A DNA stretch of 64,000 nucleotides from Pseudomonadota bacterium (GTDB lineage Bacteria; Pseudomonadota; Alphaproteobacteria; Acetobacterales; Acetobacteraceae): assembly GCA_021798575.1 (NCBI GenBank), contig JAJZGI010000004.1, positions 845 to 64,844 of the forward strand. Direction: 5' to 3'. Under the pieces are notes generated by a model. The model saw only the letters and a program-made list of their open reading frames with translations. It was not told the origin of the DNA and did not search any database. Below, piece after piece: positions 47,870 to 58,530 of this stretch. Each line of letters starts with the position of its first letter. The first letter of the stretch is position 1. Made by a program: the position numbers and the translations under genes.

Positions 47870-49246
47870 ATGGCGCGGCTCGTAATCGTCTCAAACCGCG
47901 TGCCGGATGCATCGGAGGCGACGGGTCCGCGCGCGGGTGGGCTCGCCGTCGGGCTGGCGGATGCGCTCACACCGGGCACACTCTGGTTTGGCTGGTCGGG
48001 CAGGCGCGGCCGGCAGACCACGACGGAGCCCGCCTATGCCGAATTCCGCCGTCTGACTTACGCCACCATCGACCTCGGAGAGGCGGACTATCGCGCCTTT
48101 TACCTCGGCTTTTCCAACGGCACACTCTGGCCGCTGTTCCATATGATGCCGAATCTCACCAGCTTCGACCGGGCGGAGTACGCGGTCTATCGCGAGGTCA
48201 ATCATATCTTCGCCACCGCGCTGCTGCCGCTGTTGCGGCCCGACGATCTGATCTGGATTCACGACTACCAGCTGCTGGGCGTCGCGGCCGCGCTGCGCGC
48301 ATTAGGGGTCCATAACCGGATCGGCTTCTTCCTGCATATTCCCTTCCCGGCACCCGCGATATACGAGGTTCTGCCGCCCGCGCGCGAGTTGCTCAGCGGC
48401 ATGCTGGCCAATGACGTCATCGGCTTTCATACCGAGCGTGACCGATGGCATTTCCTCAATACGGTCAACGTCATTCTGGGAATAGACGCCACGGCGGATA
48501 ACGTCATCACCCATGCGGGGCACAGCACACAGGTGATCGTGACACCCATCGGTATCGATGTGGATGGCTTCACCGCACAGGCGGTGCGCGCGGCGCGGCG
48601 CGTCGCGACAAAACGCATGGTGGAGAGTCTCTCGGGCCGCACCTTGATGATCGGCATCGACCGGCTGGACTACACGAAGGGCCTGCCCGCGCGCTTCGAT
48701 GCCTATCAGCGCTTCCTCGCCAACTACCCGGAGCACCGGCACCATATCAGCTTCTTGCAGATCGCCGCACCCTCCCGCGAGGAGGTGGACCGCTACCGCG
48801 CGCTGCGCAAGGACCTGGACAATAAAACGGGGGCGATCAACGGCGCCTATTCGGACTTCGATTGGGTGCCGTTGCGCTACATGACGCGCACGGTCAGCCG
48901 CTCCCTCATCGCCGGATTCTACCGCACCGCGCGCATCGGCCTCGTCACGCCCTTGCGGGACGGCATGAATCTGGTGGCCAAGGAATATGTCGCGGCCCAA
49001 AACCCGGCGGACCCGGGCGTGCTGGTGCTCTCGCGCTTCACCGGGGCCGCCGCCGGGATGGCGGAGGCGTTGCAGGTGAACCCGCTCGATATCGATGCCG
49101 TCGCCGAGGCGATCGGCGCCGCCCTGGCGATGCCGCTGGAGGAACGCCAGATGCGCCATGCGGCGCTGCTGGAACGGCTTCGTCATGAATCAGCCAAGGC
49201 CTATTGCGATGCCTTCACGGCGTCGCTGCGGGGTGCAAACCACTAA
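47870..49246 (+). CDS. otsA: Trehalose-6-phosphate synthase
   Basis: MARLVIVSNRVP N-terminus, GFFLHIPFP, and LRDGMNLVAKEY motifs. The ORF opens at 47756, but those upstream codons are AT-rich. Confidence 0.9.
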   Translation: MARLVIVSNRVPDASEATGPRAGGLAVGLADALTPGTLWFGWSGRRGRQTTTEPAYAEFRRLTYATIDLGEADYRAFYLGFSNGTLWPLFHMMPNLTSFDRAEYAVYREVNHIFATALLPLLRPDDLIWIHDYQLLGVAAALRALGVHNRIGFFLHIPFPAPAIYEVLPPARELLSGMLANDVIGFHTERDRWHFLNTVNVILGIDATADNVITHAGHSTQVIVTPIGIDVDGFTAQAVRAARRVATKRMVESLSGRTLMIGIDRLDYTKGLPARFDAYQRFLANYPEHRHHISFLQIAAPSREEVDRYRALRKDLDNKTGAINGAYSDFDWVPLRYMTRTVSRSLIAGFYRTARIGLVTPLRDGMNLVAKEYVAAQNPADPGVLVLSRFTGAAAGMAEALQVNPLDIDAVAEAIGAALAMPLEERQMRHAALLERLRHESAKAYCDAFTASLRGANH

Positions 49247-50819
49247 AACCAAGCAGCGTATGGTCCCACACCAGGATGTTCGCCGCGCCGTCATGCAGCA
49301 CCCGCGCGGGCGGGCCGAACTGCGCGGTGACGCCCGCCAGGCACAGGCGGACATCCAGGCATTCCTCACCATCATCGGCAATCCAGATGAAGAAGGTTTT
49401 TTGGCCCCGTGGGATATCCTGCGGCCTCAGCCAGTCGAACGCGGACTGGACGCGCACCTGCCTGGTCATCCTGCCATTCTGCGGGTTGAACAAAACCGGC
49501 CGGAGGATAATTTTGCCCTGACTGAGCGCCGTCACGGCATTGGCGAGCGACCCCCAATACGGGCCGTACCCGTAATTCAGACCATTTTTCGTGAGAAATT
49601 CGATACGGCGCTGCACCTGCCCGTCCCGCACCATAAGCCCAGGCCTGCTCCAGGCGGGCGCGGTGCTGACCAGCCCGGCGCTGAAAAACAGGAACACAAC
49701 CGCGCAAAAACCGACTCTCTGCCACGCGCTGAAGCGCCGCCAGCCGAGGTCCAGCACGACCCCCAACACTGTGACGAAGAGATAGAGCACATTGAGCAGA
49801 AAGCGCCCGGAATAGCCGTGCATCGGCACGTTGATCAGCACCACGCACACCGTGCTGGCGGCTGCGGATAGGCCGGCCATGAGTATCAACGGCGGCAACA
49901 GCCAGTATTGTGGCAGCATCCGGCGGGCAACGGCGCTCGCGGCCAGCGCTACCGCGGCCCAGACTGCCAGGGAGAGGCATGCGGGCAATAGCTGGTCGGA
50001 ATGTTCCCACGGCAGCAGGTTGAGCAAGCCGCCGAGGTCACGCAGGAGCACCCCGGCATTACGCTCGGCCAACGCCGGGCTGGCGAGTTTGGTCGAGACA
50101 TTCGGCAGAAAACCCAGCAGGGCGAGCAGATGCGTGCGGACCAGCACCAGCGCCAGGGCCACACCCAGGAGCAACTCCCGGATCACATGCGGCGGAACCC
50201 GGCGATGAAAACGCCAGAGCAACGCCACGCCGGTGAGCACCAGCGGAATGTCGTAGGCCGGGAGCATCCAAGGGTCTGAGAGCGTGCCGAGCAGGCATAC
50301 CAGCATCACGGCCGGCGCATAGGCGTATTTTTTACGAGCGAGCCCGCGCAGCGCGCAGAGCAATGCCGCCAGACCATACAGGTTGGTGACATCATGGGAC
50401 GTGGGGGACGAGGCATAGCCGAGGGTCTGCGCGTAGAGCCCGAGGCACAGCAGGATGATCGGCAGGATTCTGGCGGCCCGCCTAGCGCCCAGCGCCTGCG
50501 CTATCGCCCCGCAGGTGAATGCCGCCAGCGCAAAGACCAGCCAGCCGGAGAAGATCACGAGGCCAGGCCGCGCACCCAGCAGCGCGAAGCATAGGAAGTT
50601 GAACGGAATAATCGAGAGCAGCCAGTTATCCGGCGTGAAGATGAAATGCGTCATCCAGTGCCATCCGCCGGATTTCAAGCCTTGCCACAGGGTCATCGAG
50701 AGCAGGGCATCCGGGTTCGTGGTCACCAGCGCGAAGACGGTTTTAAGGCTGAGGAAGATCGCGGCGGCCAGGCCCAGGGCGTAAATAAACCAGAATAATT
50801 TTCGTTCACGGGCCAGCAT
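49215..50819 (-). CDS. Uncharacterised polytopic membrane protein with C-terminal soluble domain (possible GT-C-like glycosyltransferase)
   Basis: 534 aa with about 11 hydrophobic segments and then a soluble tail of about 150 aa. No motif recognised with confidence. Confidence 0.55.
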   Translation of the reverse strand: MLARERKLFWFIYALGLAAAIFLSLKTVFALVTTNPDALLSMTLWQGLKSGGWHWMTHFIFTPDNWLLSIIPFNFLCFALLGARPGLVIFSGWLVFALAAFTCGAIAQALGARRAARILPIILLCLGLYAQTLGYASSPTSHDVTNLYGLAALLCALRGLARKKYAYAPAVMLVCLLGTLSDPWMLPAYDIPLVLTGVALLWRFHRRVPPHVIRELLLGVALALVLVRTHLLALLGFLPNVSTKLASPALAERNAGVLLRDLGGLLNLLPWEHSDQLLPACLSLAVWAAVALAASAVARRMLPQYWLLPPLILMAGLSAAASTVCVVLINVPMHGYSGRFLLNVLYLFVTVLGVVLDLGWRRFSAWQRVGFCAVVFLFFSAGLVSTAPAWSRPGLMVRDGQVQRRIEFLTKNGLNYGYGPYWGSLANAVTALSQGKIILRPVLFNPQNGRMTRQVRVQSAFDWLRPQDIPRGQKTFFIWIADDGEECLDVRLCLAGVTAQFGPPARVLHDGAANILVWDHTLLGFSGLHPAATP

Positions 50820-50934
50820 TGCCTTGCCTTATAGGTGCGGCATTACAGGGCTGCAACCAAGGGCTGCACCCTCCATTGCTTGCATCACGTCATTTTTTTC
50901 TCTACCTCGTTCATCCCACAGAAAGCCTGCCATC

Positions 50935-52083
50935 ATGAAAAAAGTTACACCAAAGACCGACCGGTTCACCTGGGATGCCGACTCCGTAGTTTGGGACAAG
51001 ACGCCAGAGCCCGCCCCCGGGAGCCAATTTGCTGGCTCGGAGTGCTCGTTCAGGGTTGCGGTTGCGGGTGCCACGGGTGCTGTCGGGCGCGAGATTCTCA
51101 AAACCCTGGCGGAGCGCAATTTCCCCATCTCGGAGGTCGCAGCGCTCGCCTCGGGCCGCTCGGCCGGCTCCCAGGTCTCCTTCGGCGATGACCGGGTGCT
51201 GACCGTGAAGAACCTCGACAAATTCGACTTCACGGGCTGGGACCTGGCACTCTTCTCGCCCGGTGCCGCGGTCTCGGCCATTCATGCGCCGCGCGCAGGC
51301 GCCGCCGGCTGCGTGGTGATCGACAATACCTCGCAGTTCCGCATGGACCCGGAGGTGCCGCTGGTGGTGCCGGAGGTGAACCCGCAAGCGATCGCGCAGT
51401 TCACCAGACGCAATATCATCGCCAACCCCAATTGCTCGACCATCCAGATGGTGGTGGCGCTCAAGCCGCTGCACGACAAGTTCAGAATCAAGCGCGTGGT
51501 AGTGGCAACCTATCAATCCGTCTCCGGTGCGGGGAAGGAGGGCATGGATGAGTTGCTCGCCAATACCAAGGTGCATTATGTGCATGATAAAAACCCGCCG
51601 CAGGTGTTCCAGAAGGATATCGCCTTCAACGTGATCCCGCAGATCGACGTCTTCATGGAGGATGGCGCCACCAAAGAGGAATGGAAGATGGTGGTGGAGA
51701 CCCAGAAGATCCTGGACCCGGGCATTGCGGTGATCGCGACCTGCGTGCGCGTGCCGGTGTTCATCGGCCATGCCGAGGCCGTGCATGTGGAGTTCGAGCG
51801 GCCGGTGAGCGTGGGGGAGGCGCGCGCGGCGCTGCGCCATGCGCCCGGCGTGATCGTGTATGACCAGCGCGAAGACGGCGGGTATATCACGCCCGCCGAA
51901 TGCCAGGGCGAGGATGCGGTGTATGTCTCGCGTATCCGCCGGGATGCCACGGTGCCGCATGGCCTGGCCTTCTGGTGTGTCTCGGATAATCTGCGCAAGG
52001 GTGCGGCGCTGAATGCGGTGCAGATCGCGGAGTATCTGGTGGCGCATGACATGCTGCGCAAAAAAACCGAAAAGGCGGCTTGA
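50935..52083 (+). CDS. asd: Aspartate-semialdehyde dehydrogenase with 38-aa N-terminal extension
   Basis: VAVAGATGAVGRE Rossmann motif and NPNCSTIQMV active-site Cys. There is no in-frame ATG/GTG/TTG/CTG between 50935 and the Rossmann motif. Confidence 0.9.
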   Translation: MKKVTPKTDRFTWDADSVVWDKTPEPAPGSQFAGSECSFRVAVAGATGAVGREILKTLAERNFPISEVAALASGRSAGSQVSFGDDRVLTVKNLDKFDFTGWDLALFSPGAAVSAIHAPRAGAAGCVVIDNTSQFRMDPEVPLVVPEVNPQAIAQFTRRNIIANPNCSTIQMVVALKPLHDKFRIKRVVVATYQSVSGAGKEGMDELLANTKVHYVHDKNPPQVFQKDIAFNVIPQIDVFMEDGATKEEWKMVVETQKILDPGIAVIATCVRVPVFIGHAEAVHVEFERPVSVGEARAALRHAPGVIVYDQREDGGYITPAECQGEDAVYVSRIRRDATVPHGLAFWCVSDNLRKGAALNAVQIAEYLVAHDMLRKKTEKAA

Positions 52084-52095
52084 TCAGCCGGCGGC

Positions 52096-52449
52096 TCATG
52101 GGCTGCGCAGCCCCATGTTCGCGAACACCTGCTCCCCGACCTCGGTGCGCTGAGCGCCGTTGAGCGTGCCGATGACGCTGGCGGTGCGCGCCTGCACGGT
52201 CATGATCTTGGCGGTGCGGATGACCGAGGCAACCAGCCCCGTGGCCTGCGGATCATCAAACGGGATATCCCCTGGCCCGGGGTGGTTCGGTGCGCTGGTG
52301 ATCATCAGCACCCAGAGCAGCCCATGATGCCGCAGAATATCCCCCGCCACGATCACCAGCGCCGGGCGGTATGAAACCTCACCGCCGTGCGCGGGATGAG
52401 GGATTTTGATGATATCCCAGCGCCTGAAGTCCGGCGTAGGCCGCCGCAT
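52096..52449 (-). CDS. PemK/MazF-like toxin
   Basis: 117 aa. RWDIIKIPHP...RPALVIVAGD...VIRTAKIMTV pattern resembles MazF/PemK-fold toxins. Paired with an upstream AbrB-type gene. Confidence 0.6.
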   Translation of the reverse strand: MRRPTPDFRRWDIIKIPHPAHGGEVSYRPALVIVAGDILRHHGLLWVLMITSAPNHPGPGDIPFDDPQATGLVASVIRTAKIMTVQARTASVIGTLNGAQRTEVGEQVFANMGLRSP

Positions 52450-52636
52450 CGGCGGCACTTTCCCATTCAGCGAAGACAGGTGCCGGGCTGGCCCCGGCAT
52501 TTGAGGATTTGCTGAGAATAACGCGGCCAGTCTCGATTGAAAATCCAAGTGAGTCTCCCACGTTCAAGCCAAGGTGGTGGCGCACCGCGCGCGGAATGGT
52601 GGTCTGAGCCTTGCTTGTCAGTTTACTAGTGATCAT
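52379..52636 (-). CDS. AbrB/MazE/SpoVT-type antitoxin
   Basis: SKLTSKAQTTIPRAVRHHLGLNVGDSLGFSIETGRVIL looped-hinge-helix motif and an acidic EWESAADAAAY tail. The alternative start is at 52663. Confidence 0.65.
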   Translation of the reverse strand: MITSKLTSKAQTTIPRAVRHHLGLNVGDSLGFSIETGRVILSKSSNAGASPAPVFAEWESAADAAAYAGLQALGYHQNPSSRARR

Positions 52637-52696
52637 GTCTTCGCCGTTCCGAGTGTGGGGCATTCTGGCCGCAGAAACTTAATGTCTTCTGAAGAA

Positions 52697-52839
52697 CCGG
52701 GATTTCCCGTGCAAAAACTGGAAAATTCGCGGCCCAACGGGATTTTCCGTGCCGGTAAGGAATTTTCTTGGCCCGGAAAATCCTTACGCCGCAACACTTC
52801 CCTACAGTAAGGAATTTCACGGATTTTCCTTACCGCAAC
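52697..52839. repeat. Array of seven GGAWTTT(T)CC-type short repeats in nested direct and inverted units
   Basis: CGGGATTT(T)CCGTGC occurs twice (52698, 52738). GTAAGGAATTT(T)C occurs twice (52755, 52807). GGA(AAAA/TTTT)CCTTAC(G)CCGCAAC occurs twice (52775, 52821). GGAAAATTC occurs once at 52720. Confidence 0.6.
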
Positions 52840-52904
52840 CGGGCTCGGTTTTTGCGCGCCAAAATAGGGCCACGATTAGGCTAATCCGCGAGAATCCACT
52901 ATGA

Positions 52905-55382
<2,478 letters not shown>

Positions 55383-55395
55383 TGGCATCTGATGC

Positions 55396-58188
55396 TCAGC
55401 CGCTGTTGCGCAGCGCGGCGGCGATGCCATTGATCGAGATATGCACCCCACGCCGCAGCCGCTCACTCACCTCGCCCTCGCCGCCTTGGGCGGTCTGTTC
55501 GCGGTAGCGGCGCAGCATCTCCACCTGCACATGGTTCAGCGGGTCCAGATAGGGGAACCGATAGGTGATCGAGCGGCGCATCACCGGGTTCCGGTCGAGC
55601 AGCGCCCGCTGGCCGGTAATCGCCAGAAGCTGCGCCCGCGTGCGCCCATATTCGGCCCGGATGCGCGTAAAAATTCGCTCGCGCAGCGCTTCATCTTCCA
55701 CGAGCCGGGCGTAGCGCTCGGCGATTCCCATGTCCGCCTTCGCCAGCACCATGTCCATGTTCAGCAACAACGTCGAAAACACCGGCCACTCCTGGAACAT
55801 GGACTGGAGCAGCCGCAACCCATGGCCGCCCGGCCTGGCGGTGAACGCCTCCACGGCGGTACCAAACCCATACCAGCCTGGCAGCATGACACGGCATTGC
55901 GCCCAGGAGAACACCCAGGGGATCGCGCGCAGCGCCTCGATGGAACGGCCGGCCACGCGCGAGGAAGGTCGGCTGCCCAGATTAAGGCTGGCGATCTCGG
56001 TGATCACGGTGGATTGCCAGAAATAATCGTTGAACCCAGGCGTCTCATACACAAGGTCGCGATAGGCCGCATAGGCGGTATCCGAGAGTTGCGCCAGCGC
56101 GGCTGGAAAACTGGGGGACAGCGGCTCGGAGAGTGCGGGTTCCACGGTCGCGACGAGCGTGGATGATACCAGAACCTCCAGGTTGCGCCGGCCAATTTCC
56201 GGGCTGCCATATTTGGCGGAGATCACCTCGCCCTGCTCGGTGAGGCGGATTTGACCGTCCACGGCACCTTTTGGCTGCGCGAGGATCGCCTGAAAACTCG
56301 GGCCGCCGCCGCGCCCGACCGAGCCGCCACGGCCATGGAACAGCCGCAGCCGCACGCCATGGCGCGCGAACACTTCCACCAGCCCAACCTCCGCGCGGTA
56401 CAATTCCCAGCCCGAGGTGAGGAAACCACCGTCCTTGTTGCTGTCCGAATAGCCGAGCATGACCTCCTGCGTTTCATCGCGGCTGGCCAGCAACGCCCGA
56501 TAGATCGGCACGCGAAACATCTGGTCCATGATCTCGGGTGCCCCGCGCAGATCCTCGATGGTCTCGAACAAGGGCACGATGTTCACGTCCAACTGCTTGG
56601 ACAAAGGGCTGAGCAGGCCAGCCTCCTTCAGCAACACGGCGAGCTCCAGCAGGTCGGAGGCGCCTTGCGCCATGGAGATGATGGCGGTGCGGATGGAGCG
56701 GCTGCCATAACGCAGATGCGCCGCCCGGGCTGCGTCAAAAATCGCCAGCTCTGTCGTTGTCTCGGCGCTGTAGGCGACATGGCGGGAGACGAGCGGGCGG
56801 CTGGTCGCCAGTTCCGCCAACAGCAGCGCAACCCGCGCCGCCTCACCCGCCTGCAGATAACCGGTGCCGGGGTTCGCCACCTCCAGCAGCTCGCCGATGA
56901 CACGCTCATGCACCGAGGAGTTCTGCCGCAGGTCGATCGGCGCCAGCGACCAGCCAAAAACCCGCACCGCGCGCAATAACTTCCCCAGCCGCCCCTGCGC
57001 CAGCAAGACCGAGCCATGGACGCGCAGGGAATTCCGAACGATCGATAGCTCGGCCATGAGGGCATCGGGCGTCTCATAGGCTTTGAGTTTCGTGTACTGC
57101 ACCCGTCGGTCCGGCTCAGCGGGCGGGCGGCCGAACAGTGCGAGATGCGTGGCATCCAGCCGCGCCTGGATCGTCGTCAGCGCCCGCCGGTAGGGCTCAT
57201 CGGCCTGATGTGCCGAATGACCAGCGGATTGTTCAGCCAGAGCGTGGAGCTCATCGGTGGTGGTGGCGTGCAGCGAGGCCAGGGTAAGCTCGCGCCGCAG
57301 TAGTCGCAGCTGAGCGCCATAAAATCTGAAAACACGCTCCGCCTGCCGGGCCAGCGCATGGGTCAACACATCGGCATTGACAAACGGATTGCCGTCGCGG
57401 TCGCCGCCGATCCAGCTCCCGACCTCCAGGAACGTCGGCAGATCCTCTGTCTCCTGTCCGAGCTCCTGCTCGACAGCCGCATAGAGTTTCGGCACCTCGG
57501 CAAAAAATGTCGCGTCGAAAAAGGCCAGCGCGTTCTCGACCTCATCGAGCACCGAGAGCTTTGTCGGGCGTAGCATCCTGGTCTGCCACAGAATCAGCAC
57601 CAGGCCGCGCAATTCAAGCTCTATCTCATCGCGCTCCGCCATCGTTTCGGCGAAGCGGTCCCGCCGGTTCAACAGGGTTGCGATATTCTCGAGGTTATCT
57701 AGGATGCTGCGCCGCTGCACCTCGGTCGGGTGCGCGGTCAGAACCGGGGCGATATAGGCCGTTTCAAAAAAATTCCTGAGTGCCCGGTTGTCGAAGCCAT
57801 TGTCGCGGGCGCGGGCGATTCCGGCTTTGAGGCTGCCTTCGCGGGGCGGTGACCCCGCGATCAGATGCGCGCGCCAGCGCCTGGTATGGTGGTGGTCCTC
57901 GGCGATGTTGGCCAGAATCGAGAAATAGCCGAACGCGCGGGCGATGCCGTTGATCTGCCCCTCCGAGAGCCCGGATAGAATCGCCTGAAGTTCGGTCTGT
58001 GCCGCCTGGTCATGGTCCCGGTGGAAGCGAACCGCCAACTGCCGGATGGACTCGATCAGTCCATAGGTCTGCGCGCCATCCAACGCGCGGATCGTATCCC
58101 CCAGAATCCGCCCGAGAAAGCGAATATCCTCATGCAGCGCCTCATCCATTCCATGATCGAGATGTTTTTTGGTCTCTGTGATGTCCAT
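55396..58188 (-). CDS. ppc: Phosphoenolpyruvate carboxylase
   Basis: TAHPTE, GYSDSNKDGG and FHGRGGSVGRGGG motifs. Start placed at MDITETKK; the ORF opens at 58281. Confidence 0.93.
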   Translation of the reverse strand: MDITETKKHLDHGMDEALHEDIRFLGRILGDTIRALDGAQTYGLIESIRQLAVRFHRDHDQAAQTELQAILSGLSEGQINGIARAFGYFSILANIAEDHHHTRRWRAHLIAGSPPREGSLKAGIARARDNGFDNRALRNFFETAYIAPVLTAHPTEVQRRSILDNLENIATLLNRRDRFAETMAERDEIELELRGLVLILWQTRMLRPTKLSVLDEVENALAFFDATFFAEVPKLYAAVEQELGQETEDLPTFLEVGSWIGGDRDGNPFVNADVLTHALARQAERVFRFYGAQLRLLRRELTLASLHATTTDELHALAEQSAGHSAHQADEPYRRALTTIQARLDATHLALFGRPPAEPDRRVQYTKLKAYETPDALMAELSIVRNSLRVHGSVLLAQGRLGKLLRAVRVFGWSLAPIDLRQNSSVHERVIGELLEVANPGTGYLQAGEAARVALLLAELATSRPLVSRHVAYSAETTTELAIFDAARAAHLRYGSRSIRTAIISMAQGASDLLELAVLLKEAGLLSPLSKQLDVNIVPLFETIEDLRGAPEIMDQMFRVPIYRALLASRDETQEVMLGYSDSNKDGGFLTSGWELYRAEVGLVEVFARHGVRLRLFHGRGGSVGRGGGPSFQAILAQPKGAVDGQIRLTEQGEVISAKYGSPEIGRRNLEVLVSSTLVATVEPALSEPLSPSFPAALAQLSDTAYAAYRDLVYETPGFNDYFWQSTVITEIASLNLGSRPSSRVAGRSIEALRAIPWVFSWAQCRVMLPGWYGFGTAVEAFTARPGGHGLRLLQSMFQEWPVFSTLLLNMDMVLAKADMGIAERYARLVEDEALRERIFTRIRAEYGRTRAQLLAITGQRALLDRNPVMRRSITYRFPYLDPLNHVQVEMLRRYREQTAQGGEGEVSERLRRGVHISINGIAAALRNSG

Positions 58189-58317
58189 GACGCCGATCAA
58201 ACCACGCATTGCTGCGGGAAGAAATAGCGAAAATAGATCGACCCATCTGCGCTGATTTTCGCAAACGCGGCGCCTGCGCAAATATCAGTTTCCGGGCAGA
58301 CTTCGCATAGCGCGCAT

Positions 58318-58343
58318 AAAAAAGGCCGGTCCTGAGACCGGCC
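58318..58343 (-). terminator. Rho-independent terminator (minus strand)
   Basis: GGCCGGTC-tcag-GACCGGCC, a perfect 8-bp GC-rich stem followed by TTTTTT on the minus strand. Lies 188 nt downstream of the parA-like stop. Confidence 0.6.
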
Positions 58344-58530
58344 ATGCACCTCTTTGGATGCGGTTTTTAGAGCTCCCTAAACTTGGCGGCTGACACTCTT
58401 TAACGATGTATTGGTTACATCCTATTCATGCCACGGCGGGTTTTGTGGCGTAAAAAAGGCGCCCATGCAAGCCTAAACCTGCAATATACTGCAATTTTTA
58501 GGCATCACATGCATTTTTTTTCCTTAATTT

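Noticed and set aside
52697-52839. CRISPR array
   Set aside because: The repeats are about 10-20 nt, irregularly spaced and in mixed orientation. There are no cas genes.
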